From: Flavobacteriaceae bacterium
GTDB lineage: Bacteria; Bacteroidota; Bacteroidia; Flavobacteriales; Flavobacteriaceae
Length of the DNA stretch: 57,791 nt
Direction of reading: 5' to 3'
Assembly: GCA_002690085.1 (NCBI GenBank)
Contig: NZDM01000069.1
Coordinates: 1 to 57,791, forward strand
Positions within the stretch are counted from its first letter, which is position 1. Each line of letters starts with the position of its first letter. Positions 36,049 to 46,216 of the stretch are shown here, in pieces. The notes beneath the pieces were generated by a model, which was not told the origin of the DNA, searched no databases, and worked only from the letters and a program-made list of their open reading frames with translations. Made by a program: the position numbers and the translations under genes.

Positions 36049-36534
36049 TTAGATATACCTAATTTTTGCATTCGCTGAGATCCACTAGTGCTATGTTTAG
36101 CTTGATATGTATTTGAATTAACACATTCAAAACCTCCTTCATCATTGCTGTAGACAATTTTTTTTATTCCAAATTGTTTTATTAATGAAGCGCACTTAAG
36201 ACAAGGATCAGATCTTTTCAATGCTCCATTGCATCCTACTCTAACAACATACAGTGTGCAATTCCGGCCAGGAAGATAGTTTACACTGGGAGGCCCTATG
36301 CGGAACCTCCCACTTATTGCTCTTGACTGCATCACGAATAGCTGCCATCTCAGCATGGCATGTCATACAATCACCTATTATCTTATCTGAATAACGCGTT
36401 CTAGAATTGTTATAACCTCTGCCTAAAACACGGCCTGAGCCAACAATAACGCATCCATGCCTGTGATAACAATTAGACTTAGTAGCCTCACCATATGCCT
36501 CCTCAACACGTTTCATTTGACCTTGAGACAACAT
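36039..36534 (-). CDS. CMP/dCMP-type zinc deaminase split across two reading frames
   Basis: HGCVIV..GYN..CHAE in the frame of ORF 36241..36579 (ATG 36534); TLYVVR..SDPCLKC..GIKKIVYS in the frame of ORF 36039..36356. Confidence 0.85.
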
Positions 36535-36627
36535 GCTTGTAATATTTAAGTACATAAAAATAGCTTTATATAGTTTCAATTATTTGGAAAATTGCATAAA
36601 GATAATCGTTACTATATGATAATAATA

Positions 36628-37056
36628 ATGTCAGCCCCTATTCGTGTAAAGAAGCTTTCTGATACTGCTACTATTCCTACACGCGGCTCCGCAGTCGCAG
36701 CAGGATGGGATCTTTATGCCTCGCAAGAATGTATTATTCCTGCTAGAGGTAAAGCAATTGTTTCAACCGATATTGCAATTGCGGTACCTGTAGGTTATTA
36801 TGGACGTGTTGCACCTCGTTCCGGTATGGCATGGAAAAAACATACAGATATTGGAGCTGGTGTAATTGATGCAGATTATCGTGGCCCGGTTGGTGTTGTA
36901 ATGTTTAACCATTCTGAAGAAGACTTGAAAATTGAGGTAGAAGACAGAGTTGCTCAACTAGTTATTGAACAAATTAGTATGGCACCTTTGACTGAAGTTG
37001 AATCTCTTGATGATACTGAGCGTGGTGAAGGTGGTTATGGATCTACTGGTCGATAA
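36628..37056 (+). CDS. dut: dUTP diphosphatase (dUTPase)
   Basis: [38 protein letters not shown]; ATG 36628. Confidence 0.97.
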   Translation: MSAPIRVKKLSDTATIPTRGSAVAAGWDLYASQECIIPARGKAIVSTDIAIAVPVGYYGRVAPRSGMAWKKHTDIGAGVIDADYRGPVGVVMFNHSEEDLKIEVEDRVAQLVIEQISMAPLTEVESLDDTERGEGGYGSTGR

Positions 37057-37304
37057 GTAAAGTTTCTCTTGATATATGCATTTATCATTGTCTCATATTC
37101 TTGTGATAGTTCGGCACTATTTTTTTTAAATCTTTGACAATTAGGACACATATAGATATTAAATCTATGTTTCTCCCATATTTCAGGTGGTTTATGATCA
37201 ACTGTTCGTCCTGTTATTGCAGAACAGATATAACATCCTTGTAACCAGCCTTCCTCAGGGAGATGTGTTGCCTTATAAATGTTAATAACCCTGATTTTAA
37301 CCAT
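37035..37304 (-). CDS. Small putative zinc-binding protein
   Basis: GCYIC ... MCPNC pairs in 89 aa. Confidence 0.6.
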   Translation of the reverse strand: MVKIRVINIYKATHLPEEGWLQGCYICSAITGRTVDHKPPEIWEKHRFNIYMCPNCQRFKKNSAELSQEYETMINAYIKRNFTYRPVDP

Positions 37305-37350
37305 CTTATTCTACTATCTGATTTTAAATACTTATTTAAAACCAGACTAT

Positions 37351-38823
37351 TTACTTGCGTCTTTTTGAACGCTGTCTACGTTTTCTAGTTTTTTTGCCTA
37401 CTTTAACACCTCTCTTTTTTAATGCAGTCTTTGCTTTTCTTGCAACACTCTTATAAACTGATCTTTTATGTCTTGGAGTAAACTTTGTTTTATAACTATT
37501 CCGTGAATTACCCCATTGTTCAGCTCTAATGTAAGCTGCCCATAACCCTTTTTCACTAATTTTACATGTATTCTTTTTACAAACAGGAAAACTAATATTT
37601 GGACCCAAAAAACATTTTTTACCACAACGCTTTTTCATAGTTCTGCGCTGTCTAATACTTGGAGATTCCTTAGACCATCCTTTCCATGGAACGTGTTTAC
37701 GTGTTTTACCACCATTCATAGTCTTTACTATACTTTTTTTGTATTTTTTTTGCCCCGGCTTTGTAGTTATTGGAGGAGGTTCAAATCTAGCCAGACATTT
37801 TCTCATAGTATAACCATCACTATCACAAGCCATTATTAATTCTCCGTCGCTATTTTTCTCTACACCATCTCTTCTACCTGTCTTGGAATCTTCACATTCT
37901 ACAGCAAATCCCTCTCTCCTAAGTTTATCTATAAAGCTGGCCGTTCCTGTATCATTCATACTAATCATTTGTGTTAACTTTTGATCTATCTCTCCTTTAT
38001 TGTCGATAGCTACAATGTTATCATTTTCAATACGAAACGATATATCTCTTGCAGAAAATAACTCATTTAGTCTTGCCATCATGTAATTTAATTTTTCTTC
38101 TTTTGAACCTAGCATTTGAGATTGCTTTGCTACTTCAATTAAATAGACTTGTTCTAGTTCATCATCAGATTTGAATCTATTTCCAAAAAATCTCTCTGCA
38201 CCATCCAATATCTCGTTATTAAACTCTCGCACAGGATCTGCTGACTTAGATTCTCTTGATTTCTTTCTCTTTCTGCTTTTTCTAGCTAATCCTGATTCAC
38301 CTAAAGTACAGTTTTCTACGTGTCTAAAACCCAAACGTCTATAATAATTGATCACATAACCTAAAGCTGATAGTTTTAAAATAGAAAATCCTAATTGTCG
38401 CGCCATCCACTCAATTTGTGTCATTAATATTTTTCCTGGGCTTACCCTTTCAGGTACATTATTTCTAACATCAGTATTACCGCATAGAGCATTTAGATAT
38501 AATTCTTTTGGAGAATCAGAATCATAATCAAGTGCAGCAAAACCAATTAATGTATGTTTACTTGGATCTGTTCTTGTTGGAGTTTTCATAGAGAGAAGTA
38601 AAATTATAAAAGTGTCATCAATAGTATCTTGTTCAAGAAATCCTTTTGGTATCATGGAATGGCACATTTTAATTTGACTAGTTCTTATTCTTGCTCCAAG
38701 TTCTCTCCATAATACGGAATCAGATAGTCCTGTTTGAGGATTAAAATAAGCTTCTAGAACAACCTGATAATTTTGTTGAGTTGATACATTACCATTTGCT
38801 AACAGATAAGTAGTTACTGGCAT
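37351..38823 (-). CDS. GNAT acetyltransferase-like domain fused to a C-terminal basic Cys-containing module
   Basis: LIGFA..ELYLNALCG..GKILM..LKLSAL..YYRRLGF; after NGG comes WKGW..RCGKKCFLGP..FPVC..TCK..AAYIRA. Confidence 0.7.
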   Translation of the reverse strand: MPVTTYLLANGNVSTQQNYQVVLEAYFNPQTGLSDSVLWRELGARIRTSQIKMCHSMIPKGFLEQDTIDDTFIILLLSMKTPTRTDPSKHTLIGFAALDYDSDSPKELYLNALCGNTDVRNNVPERVSPGKILMTQIEWMARQLGFSILKLSALGYVINYYRRLGFRHVENCTLGESGLARKSRKRKKSRESKSADPVREFNNEILDGAERFFGNRFKSDDELEQVYLIEVAKQSQMLGSKEEKLNYMMARLNELFSARDISFRIENDNIVAIDNKGEIDQKLTQMISMNDTGTASFIDKLRREGFAVECEDSKTGRRDGVEKNSDGELIMACDSDGYTMRKCLARFEPPPITTKPGQKKYKKSIVKTMNGGKTRKHVPWKGWSKESPSIRQRRTMKKRCGKKCFLGPNISFPVCKKNTCKISEKGLWAAYIRAEQWGNSRNSYKTKFTPRHKRSVYKSVARKAKTALKKRGVKVGKKTRKRRQRSKRRK

Positions 38824-38846
38824 CTATTAATCTATGTTAATATAAA

Positions 38847-40283
38847 ATGTCTGAAATAAATGATGTTCATTCCCCAACTGAAAATGAAATAGTTAATCTT
38901 AATGATTTGCCTAATGAAAATCTGGCAAATGGACGACATTTTGTTAGTTTAGATGGTGTGCAATTAAACACTAGTGAATTAAACGCGAGTCCTCATCCTA
39001 GTGATTCAGGAAGTTCAGATAATGAAAATGATAATGAATCTTCAAGTACAGGAACTCCCGAATCATATGATTTAGAGGATAACAAACCAATAAAGTACAG
39101 AAAATTATCATATGAAACAGTTCTACAAAGAATAACAGCTGCCTATGACCAAGATATAGTTCATAGATACTCTTCAGCACTGGACGTTTTAGCTAGTTTC
39201 ATTAAAGGTCATAAAATTATTTACATGGAGTCACAAAGCCATACTGTAAGAAAACTACATTATCTTATGTTTCCTGCAATATTTCTATCAGGATTAGTTT
39301 CTGTACTACAATCACCTTTTCAATGTAGTGAACAAGGAGAGATTATATTAGCATCTATATCTGCAATTGTAGCTTTTATGCTAGCTGTTATAAATTATAT
39401 GAAGCTGGATGCTAAGTCTGAGGCTCATAAAATATCCGCACATCAATATGATAAATTACAATCATTTGTGGAGTTTCAGTCTGGCCAAGTATTATTATTC
39501 AGTGATCCAGTTTTATCTAAACATAGTATTCCACAAGAAATAGCTCGTGAAAGACGTGATGCTGATGCATTCCAATATATAAACTCTTCAAGTGATGAAG
39601 AAGAAGTTGCTAAGCATAATAATGATACTACTACTAGAATAGCTGAAAAAGTAAAGCTAATTTCTAAAAATAGAAGTGAAGCAGAAGCTGATCTAACAAA
39701 AAATATGAAAAACTTAGTGAAATCTGTAGAAGAAAAGATTAGTGACATAAAAGAAACTAATCAGTTCATTATTCCCAGAAGAATAAGATATCGTTATCCA
39801 ATTATTTACAACACAAATGTATTTTCAATTATAAAAAAAATAGATGATTACAGAACAAAAACAATTACCACACTTAAAAATGTAAAAAATGAGCTAAGAT
39901 TTTTAAAAGGCTATCAAAAATACAGAACACGTGAGTTTACTGATAAACAACAACTACGAGCAGATACTTTGTTTAAACAAAAAAAGAATCTAATTGATAC
40001 AGTTTTATTTTTAAACACGGCTTTTTCATTAATTGATAAAATGTTTCAGCAAGAAATAAGTAATGCTGAACTTGATAAAAAACATTGGGTACAAAGTTTA
40101 TGTCGTGATTGTTTTGCATGTTTTGGATGTGATATGAAACATTCAGATTATAAAGATCCTGAAGCTTGTGGTGGTAATATGTTATACAATATATTAGGTA
40201 GCGACTGTCATATGGAGCTAACTGACCGTGATATAGAGAGAATGCGACAAGCATATGTAAATGGTAATGAACAAAACGTTTGA
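38847..40283 (+). CDS. Two-TM membrane protein with a SLATT-like region
   Basis: Two adjacent TM helices (LMFPAIFLSGLVSVL; ILASISAIVAFMLAVINY) followed by KSEAHKISAHQYDKL. Confidence 0.6.
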   Translation: MSEINDVHSPTENEIVNLNDLPNENLANGRHFVSLDGVQLNTSELNASPHPSDSGSSDNENDNESSSTGTPESYDLEDNKPIKYRKLSYETVLQRITAAYDQDIVHRYSSALDVLASFIKGHKIIYMESQSHTVRKLHYLMFPAIFLSGLVSVLQSPFQCSEQGEIILASISAIVAFMLAVINYMKLDAKSEAHKISAHQYDKLQSFVEFQSGQVLLFSDPVLSKHSIPQEIARERRDADAFQYINSSSDEEEVAKHNNDTTTRIAEKVKLISKNRSEAEADLTKNMKNLVKSVEEKISDIKETNQFIIPRRIRYRYPIIYNTNVFSIIKKIDDYRTKTITTLKNVKNELRFLKGYQKYRTREFTDKQQLRADTLFKQKKNLIDTVLFLNTAFSLIDKMFQQEISNAELDKKHWVQSLCRDCFACFGCDMKHSDYKDPEACGGNMLYNILGSDCHMELTDRDIERMRQAYVNGNEQNV

Positions 40284-40308
40284 AATATTAATAATTATTC
40301 AAACGTTT
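40274..40308. terminator. Hairpin spanning the stop codons of two convergent genes
   Basis: AAACGTTTGAA/TTCAAACGTTT, 11-bp stem. Confidence 0.65.
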
Positions 40309-41974
40309 ATCGACGTCTTGTTTTTCGGGCCTTTTTTGCCTTCTTACCTTTCTTATTTTTATTTTTATTTACTTTGCGGGTTTTCTTAGGAGCCTTTCTG
40401 CGAGTTTTTCTTGACTTCTTTGATTTTTTCCCTTTTTTGTGACCTCTTTTGCGAGTACTACGTTTTTTACGACCTCCATTTTTGGAAGAATCCTCTGTTA
40501 ACTCAGACACATTAGATGCATTAGAATCAACTGAATCACTTCTAGGGCGCGTTCCTGACTGTGAGCTAAGCAGCGCTACTCGACGTGCGCGAATTGTCTC
40601 GCGATCAGTAGCGGGAACAGCGTCGCTTGGTGACCCTAGAGTTCTTCCAGAGGATGTGCCCATTGGTGTTTGGCTCGGAGGTGGTGGTGTAAGCTCTTGC
40701 GATTGCCTATCTGCTGGAGTTACTACAGGGGGTGTGCGTGTGATATCTTGCAATGCAAGTTGTCCAGGGATCGGCGGCTGTTGTTGTCCACTCTGGCCTG
40801 ATTCCTGAGGTGGTGTATAAAAAGATAGGCTTGCAGCTGAATTATACAAAGAGCTAGCTAGATTTGCTAAACTTTGAATTGGCGCAGCTAAGATTTGGGC
40901 AGCAGGTGAACGGGTGTCGTTGCGAGGCGGGGTTGCCCCTTTAGGATAACCACGTAGAACATCACTCACATTAGCGACTCCACTCATACCCAATTCATAT
41001 GACATAGCAATTCCACCTCTGGTTGAGGCTGAAGTATCAATTCGACGAGCTCCCCTTGCTGAAAGAATTGCCAATATAAGAAACGTCAATATACCTAACG
41101 ACGCTACTATTTGGTTCCACCTATTCTGTGCCTCTTGACATTCCATAGTAGGATTAATAAAATTAGCTCCTTGATTTCGTATTTCTCTATTAACAATGCC
41201 ACAGACAGATTCTATATTTGGTAAATCAAATATGCCCTCACCTACACCTCCAGCAACGAAATTAATAGCAGCTGTATATGCTCCAGTTCCAGCTAAAACA
41301 ACATTAATTAATACTAAATAGAAAAATCCAAGTAGTTCATATCCATCAAGATTAGCAAACATATCTTGCGCAATTCCTGGGTTGGTTGGCATAGGATCAC
41401 CAACTACACGGCTACCCATTGCATATTGACTTCTTGAAGGAGGGACTTGTTGACCACTTGAGGGAGGGTTAGTTGGAGAATATTGCGGAGATATCGGCGG
41501 AGTAATAGGTGTCTGGTTTACCCCAGCCTCGTCATCCTCTTCGTCTGAAGACTCTTCTTCTGGTTCTTGACGACTACCGCGGCGCCTACTATTTACGCTG
41601 GCCGTGCCTCTCGTGCTCCGCCCGCTCCGCCCTTTTCCTGTGCCTCCCTTTGATTCAATATTAGTTGTACCATCTAAAAAAATAGCAAACTTACTATCAG
41701 CACCTCCTTTCTTCGAGCGTTTTTTTCCGCCTTTAATATTACAAGTGAGGGATTGTGTTGCAGTTACCATGTTTTTAATATTTTTATCCAGGATAACAGC
41801 GAGTTTTTTCAAATCGGCATCACTAATATTTCTTGCTGCTTGTTCTAGACCAGACTTTTGTACGAGTCTAACAATTTCACTATTAACCTTGCATGTAATC
41901 TTACCTTGACTTGACTCTAAAAGATCACCAATATCTTGTTGAAGGTCACTTAATATAGTAAACACAGTTGACAT
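40307..41974 (-). CDS. Hypothetical membrane protein with low-complexity regions and a GG-basic tail
   Basis: First ATG at 41974; two TM segments; KGGKKRSKKGG; C-terminal NGG plus Lys/Arg tail. Confidence 0.7.
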   Translation of the reverse strand: MSTVFTILSDLQQDIGDLLESSQGKITCKVNSEIVRLVQKSGLEQAARNISDADLKKLAVILDKNIKNMVTATQSLTCNIKGGKKRSKKGGADSKFAIFLDGTTNIESKGGTGKGRSGRSTRGTASVNSRRRGSRQEPEEESSDEEDDEAGVNQTPITPPISPQYSPTNPPSSGQQVPPSRSQYAMGSRVVGDPMPTNPGIAQDMFANLDGYELLGFFYLVLINVVLAGTGAYTAAINFVAGGVGEGIFDLPNIESVCGIVNREIRNQGANFINPTMECQEAQNRWNQIVASLGILTFLILAILSARGARRIDTSASTRGGIAMSYELGMSGVANVSDVLRGYPKGATPPRNDTRSPAAQILAAPIQSLANLASSLYNSAASLSFYTPPQESGQSGQQQPPIPGQLALQDITRTPPVVTPADRQSQELTPPPPSQTPMGTSSGRTLGSPSDAVPATDRETIRARRVALLSSQSGTRPRSDSVDSNASNVSELTEDSSKNGGRKKRSTRKRGHKKGKKSKKSRKTRRKAPKKTRKVNKNKNKKGKKAKKARKTRRR

Positions 41975-42008
41975 ATAAACTATAAACAGAAATAAAATAC
42001 GCACTTAC

Positions 42009-43100
42009 TTAGATCTTCATTTCTCCTACACTTTTTGTTAAACGGATTTCCTGCATTTTATTGATCCATTCTTCCGCTGTTTGACACACATAAATATCAT
42101 GTAAACTTTTAATTTGTGTTTCACTAGGTTGTTCATCAAAATCCATTGCATTATCATCCTCATAGAACTCTTCAAGATAATTATCATCTGGCCAGTCAAT
42201 CGATTTTTTCTCATGATTTTGTTCACCTTTGTATGCTCTAAATCTTTTATTCCATTCTACAGATTCATATGCATAATATTCCCAACTATATCCGCATGAT
42301 TTTGTTAGATTTTCTACGGAATATCTACCATAATCTCCTGGTGGAACAATAGGATGTGTTGCGTAAAGACGCCTTTCTGTCAACTTTAAATAGTATTTTT
42401 CAGACTTTTTAGTGAAATGATTATCTATTTCTTCAACTAAACTTTTATCACATCTCAGGAAATGACTTCTTGGAGACCTATTTCCTGCTGTAATAATTCT
42501 ACTTACAAATGATGAAAGATCAATCATATCTTTTGTTCTTAACTCTAAATCGATCCCATCATCTATGTTGATTCCTAATGACATACCAAAATCACTAAGA
42601 GCAATGTATGTTTTATCATATCCATTAATTGTTAAAGACTGAGCTAAGTAGTATCCAAGATTTTTATAATCATGAGCCATTAGTGATCCAAATACATTTT
42701 TCATATTTTGTGGATAAGGTTCCATCCATGTTTTTGATTTATAAATTGAAGTCGGGTATTGATATACAGTGCCGTAGTAATTAACCATGTAAGACAAGAA
42801 GTTTGGTTCTATATTTCTAAGGTTAACTACTATATCAGCGAGTAATCTATTATCATTTGTTTTTTTATATTCGTTTACTTTTCTAGAGATGAACCTACCT
42901 ATGTTACAATTATTTGTTGAATAGAACATTTTATATATACAAATTAGTCCATCTGCAATATCTGGTGAAGAATACAGCAATTCCCAAAGCCAGAATATTG
43001 TTTCTTCAATCTCAGCTCTACTAACTAGACATTGTATAAATGTGCCAATAACTTCGTCAATTGGATAGAGATTTTCTGAAAGTTGTAGCATTTTTGTCAT
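42009..43100 (-). CDS. Hypothetical protein
   Basis: 363 aa; AAAATTGA on the minus strand at 43123-30. Confidence 0.75.
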   Translation of the reverse strand: MTKMLQLSENLYPIDEVIGTFIQCLVSRAEIEETIFWLWELLYSSPDIADGLICIYKMFYSTNNCNIGRFISRKVNEYKKTNDNRLLADIVVNLRNIEPNFLSYMVNYYGTVYQYPTSIYKSKTWMEPYPQNMKNVFGSLMAHDYKNLGYYLAQSLTINGYDKTYIALSDFGMSLGINIDDGIDLELRTKDMIDLSSFVSRIITAGNRSPRSHFLRCDKSLVEEIDNHFTKKSEKYYLKLTERRLYATHPIVPPGDYGRYSVENLTKSCGYSWEYYAYESVEWNKRFRAYKGEQNHEKKSIDWPDDNYLEEFYEDDNAMDFDEQPSETQIKSLHDIYVCQTAEEWINKMQEIRLTKSVGEMKI

Positions 43101-43158
43101 ACTATTGTTATGGTTATAAAAATCAATTTTATCTTTTTATCGTAGCTATGTATATAAG

Positions 43159-43758
43159 ATGTCTAAAAAGGAAATCACATATACCGGACTTGTTAAAGTC
43201 ATGTTAGACAAAGCGCGTAAAGAAGCTGACGAGGCAGGAAAAGATTTTGATCAAAAGTCTGCTTTTAAGTCTGCCGGAGTAAGATGGAAAACAGTTAAGG
43301 CAGGAAATGATGATGAGTTTTCTCCTGGTAAAGCTGCACCTGGAACAAGAAAGCGTAAGTCTAAGAAATCTAAGAAGTCTAGAAGTAAAAAAGATTCTGA
43401 TGACGAGGATGAGGAACCTATGCCTGGCCACAAAGGTGCACCATCAAAAACACGCCCTGGACATATTGACTATAGAACCCACAAGGGTGACAAATATTAT
43501 AACCGTGATGGACATCGCCAGACTTTTAATAAAGATGGTGTAGAAGGCACACCCTATAGCCACTATAATCGTCACCCTAAGAGTGCAAAAGATGTTCTTA
43601 AAATGATGGATGAGTGTCTTGAGGAAAACATGACTTTACAAGAATGTAGAGATAAGGTTGCTGCAGCCATGAAATCTGCAAAAAGTCAGAAAAAGTCCAA
43701 AGGAAAAAAACGTGGAACTCGTAAAGCCAAGAAAGGAAAAAAGAGTTCAAAAAAATAA
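43159..43758 (+). CDS. Basic protein with a possible HMG-box-like N-terminus
   Basis: YTGLVKVML..KSAFKSAGVRWK; Lys-rich tracts; His-rich central motif. Confidence 0.6.
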   Translation: MSKKEITYTGLVKVMLDKARKEADEAGKDFDQKSAFKSAGVRWKTVKAGNDDEFSPGKAAPGTRKRKSKKSKKSRSKKDSDDEDEEPMPGHKGAPSKTRPGHIDYRTHKGDKYYNRDGHRQTFNKDGVEGTPYSHYNRHPKSAKDVLKMMDECLEENMTLQECRDKVAAAMKSAKSQKKSKGKKRGTRKAKKGKKSSKK

Positions 43759-43761
43759 ATA

Positions 43762-44877
43762 TTATGATTTAGTCTTAGGCAATACTAAATGATTAATATC
43801 TTCTTCAATTCTTTTGGTCGTATTTATCTTCGATGACTCAAAGTTTCTAGCTAGATTTAAATAACCTTCCACATCTCCATCCATCATAAATATATCACTG
43901 AACTTACTTTGACTTTCTGCAATTGTAAGTCTACGATTAGGATTTGGATGAATATTCATCAATAAAATCTGACTAAATAAGATAACAAACTTATTTTTAT
44001 GATCATCAGTTGGAAATAGTAAGGTTAGTATACGCAAATACATAACAGATAGAGAATAGTTGTCCCAGGTTTCATAAGTTGATAACATTGCGTCTATTAC
44101 TTTCTCTCTTTTTACGCCGATATATTCTTGCAATTCCATGGATAACAATTGTTTAAAATTATCTTTGAACTCACTTGAGAACGCATCAAGAGCTCTATTT
44201 CCTTCAGTATGTAACTCAGTAATTTCATCAATATCATCTTTTGTTAATTCATTATCAGTTTCATTTAATAAAAATCCTATAACACATATCTGTGGACACC
44301 AAACATAGTAGTCTGGCGCAAATATGTAAAAATATTTCTTCATATTTTCCTTGTTTAATTTATCAAAAGGAATTGATATACCAAAGTCTATTATTCTAGG
44401 ATTAGTTGTTTCTTTTTTAAACAATACATTTTCTAGTTTAAGATCAAAATGAATTACTTTGGCATTTATTAGTTTATCTAATGCCATTAATAAATATCTG
44501 TATGATTCCACAATAGTTAAAATCATATCTTTGGCAGGCATTGTTTTCAACATCTGCGGTAATTCAGTTTGTTTCATATATGGAATATCCATCGCTACAT
44601 AATCTTCTTCTAGATCTTGTATTACTTCACATTTTTGGAGAGAGTTATTATTTGCTTTACGTATATTCACAGAGCATTCATCAATAACAGGTAAAAAAAA
44701 CATTTCATATCCACTAATTTTTGATACAATTTCCCCTATATCAGCTTCATTTTCCGAGTTAAAATCTCTCTTTTGGACCTTGGTTGCTATGGAAGGATCA
44801 TTATTTGAAGAACCATCACAATTAATGCCTGGATAGAATACACATCCAAATCCGCCTTGACTAAGTAACTTGCTCAT
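43762..44877 (-). CDS. Ser/Thr protein kinase
   Basis: LSQGGFGCVF, IHFDLKLENV, IIDFG, WDNYSL, HPNPNRR. Confidence 0.92.
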   Translation of the reverse strand: MSKLLSQGGFGCVFYPGINCDGSSNNDPSIATKVQKRDFNSENEADIGEIVSKISGYEMFFLPVIDECSVNIRKANNNSLQKCEVIQDLEEDYVAMDIPYMKQTELPQMLKTMPAKDMILTIVESYRYLLMALDKLINAKVIHFDLKLENVLFKKETTNPRIIDFGISIPFDKLNKENMKKYFYIFAPDYYVWCPQICVIGFLLNETDNELTKDDIDEITELHTEGNRALDAFSSEFKDNFKQLLSMELQEYIGVKREKVIDAMLSTYETWDNYSLSVMYLRILTLLFPTDDHKNKFVILFSQILLMNIHPNPNRRLTIAESQSKFSDIFMMDGDVEGYLNLARNFESSKINTTKRIEEDINHLVLPKTKS

Positions 44878-44941
44878 ACTATTCGAGAACAATATAAAAA
44901 ATTAAGGTTTCAATCGAAACCGTAATTTTATTTTTTGTAGT

Positions 44942-45535
44942 TTAATTTTTATTGCTGGCAAAGAGATAGTAGCGATTCTTGTATGTCTTCTTAATTTTAC
45001 TGCTGATGTAAGAAGCCTTCAATTCAGGCTCTTCTTCGAGTAACCTCTTGATTTCTAACATTAATATCGTAGTATACTGCTTTACAAACCAGTCATAACC
45101 ATTTGCTGGTGTAAAGTCGTTTTCTTCATGGTTTTTGGATATATGTTCATCCATAGCTTCCAGAATTGCAGAATCCATACTTACATAATGACGGCGCTCT
45201 TTTGGTTTCTTGTTTTCATTGACCTTCTTGGTTCTAAAGTAGTAACGTCCTGCCTTATACATCTTGTCCACTACATCGCCTTGATAACCGAGTTGCATTA
45301 GGCGATTAATTTCTCGTGAAACCATACCTTGTTCTTCATCACACCATATTTTCCAAGCGTCTTTGTAATCACGTCTTTTATCATATTGGTGCAATTTTGC
45401 AAATCGAGTTACTGCCTCTACTATGTGCGGCTGTAGCTTATAGCGATATACCGAAGTATTAGAATTATTGTCTTCTATTTTTTTGATGTCGTTCATGTTT
45501 TTTGAATCTATCTGTGTTGATACTCCTGGCTGCAT
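44942..45535 (-). CDS. Hypothetical protein
   Basis: 197 aa with related KMYKAGRYYF / KTYKNRYY motifs; AAAATTGA on the minus strand at 45581-88. Confidence 0.75.
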   Translation of the reverse strand: MQPGVSTQIDSKNMNDIKKIEDNNSNTSVYRYKLQPHIVEAVTRFAKLHQYDKRRDYKDAWKIWCDEEQGMVSREINRLMQLGYQGDVVDKMYKAGRYYFRTKKVNENKKPKERRHYVSMDSAILEAMDEHISKNHEENDFTPANGYDWFVKQYTTILMLEIKRLLEEEPELKASYISSKIKKTYKNRYYLFASNKN

Positions 45536-45611
45536 TTGTGATTAATTTTGATGCAGCCACAAAGTAATTAGAAAGTTATTTCAATTTTTTCTTGTAACAT
45601 ACTATTAAACG

Positions 45612-45986
45612 ATGGAGACCTACTCTTTACTTTCAATTCCTTTTTACAAAAGCGTTCAACAGTGTTACGTAAAAGCAATTGCTTTGGATAGAATGCCTGG
45701 CCCTAATGAACCAATTAATAAAATTATTAGACGTGTTAGGTATGAAAAGCTATCTCCATTTCAAGAAGGCACTGAATGTCATCCCCTTAAAACATGTGGA
45801 AATATTGTAATAAAGCCTGGATCTCAATGCGGAGAGATGGCCAATTTAGATGATATACCATTAATTTTTACATGGTTAATGCAGAATGGCTACCAAATTG
45901 ATACATCTATTACTCAAATGATAAATCAAGGAGAAGTCAGAATGTCAAGCCCAATAATTGGTTTTATAACCAAGAAAATACAGTAA
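45612..45986 (+). CDS. Hypothetical protein
   Basis: 124-aa ORF. Confidence 0.7.
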   Translation: METYSLLSIPFYKSVQQCYVKAIALDRMPGPNEPINKIIRRVRYEKLSPFQEGTECHPLKTCGNIVIKPGSQCGEMANLDDIPLIFTWLMQNGYQIDTSITQMINQGEVRMSSPIIGFITKKIQ

Positions 45987-46026
45987 AATTGAAATAATTT
46001 AAACTTCCTGCATCAATTATATTAAA

Positions 46027-46191
46027 ATGGAACCAACAAAAGCTGATCAAGATGAATATATTGCACAACTTACAACGCAAGAGAGAATTGTTTTAAAAAT
46101 AGCCCAAGAACACCTGGAATCATCTTTTGATCTAGTTCGATCTATTGGATTTAAGACATGGTTTGCCAAAAAACAACAAACTAACAAATAA
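46027..46191 (+). CDS. Small hypothetical protein (54 aa), absent from the ORF track
   Basis: MEPTKADQDEYIAQLTTQERIVLKIAQEHLESSFDLVRSIGFKTWFAKKQQTNK; AAAATTGA at 45985-92. Confidence 0.7.
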   Translation: MEPTKADQDEYIAQLTTQERIVLKIAQEHLESSFDLVRSIGFKTWFAKKQQTNK

Positions 46192-46216
46192 TATGATTAA
46201 CAATTTTGTAATCTTA

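Noticed and set aside
36286-36313. Canonical IRE1/XBP1-type splice site
   Set aside because: The loop region CCGCATA lacks the conserved G of CNGNNG, and only one hairpin is present where two are expected.
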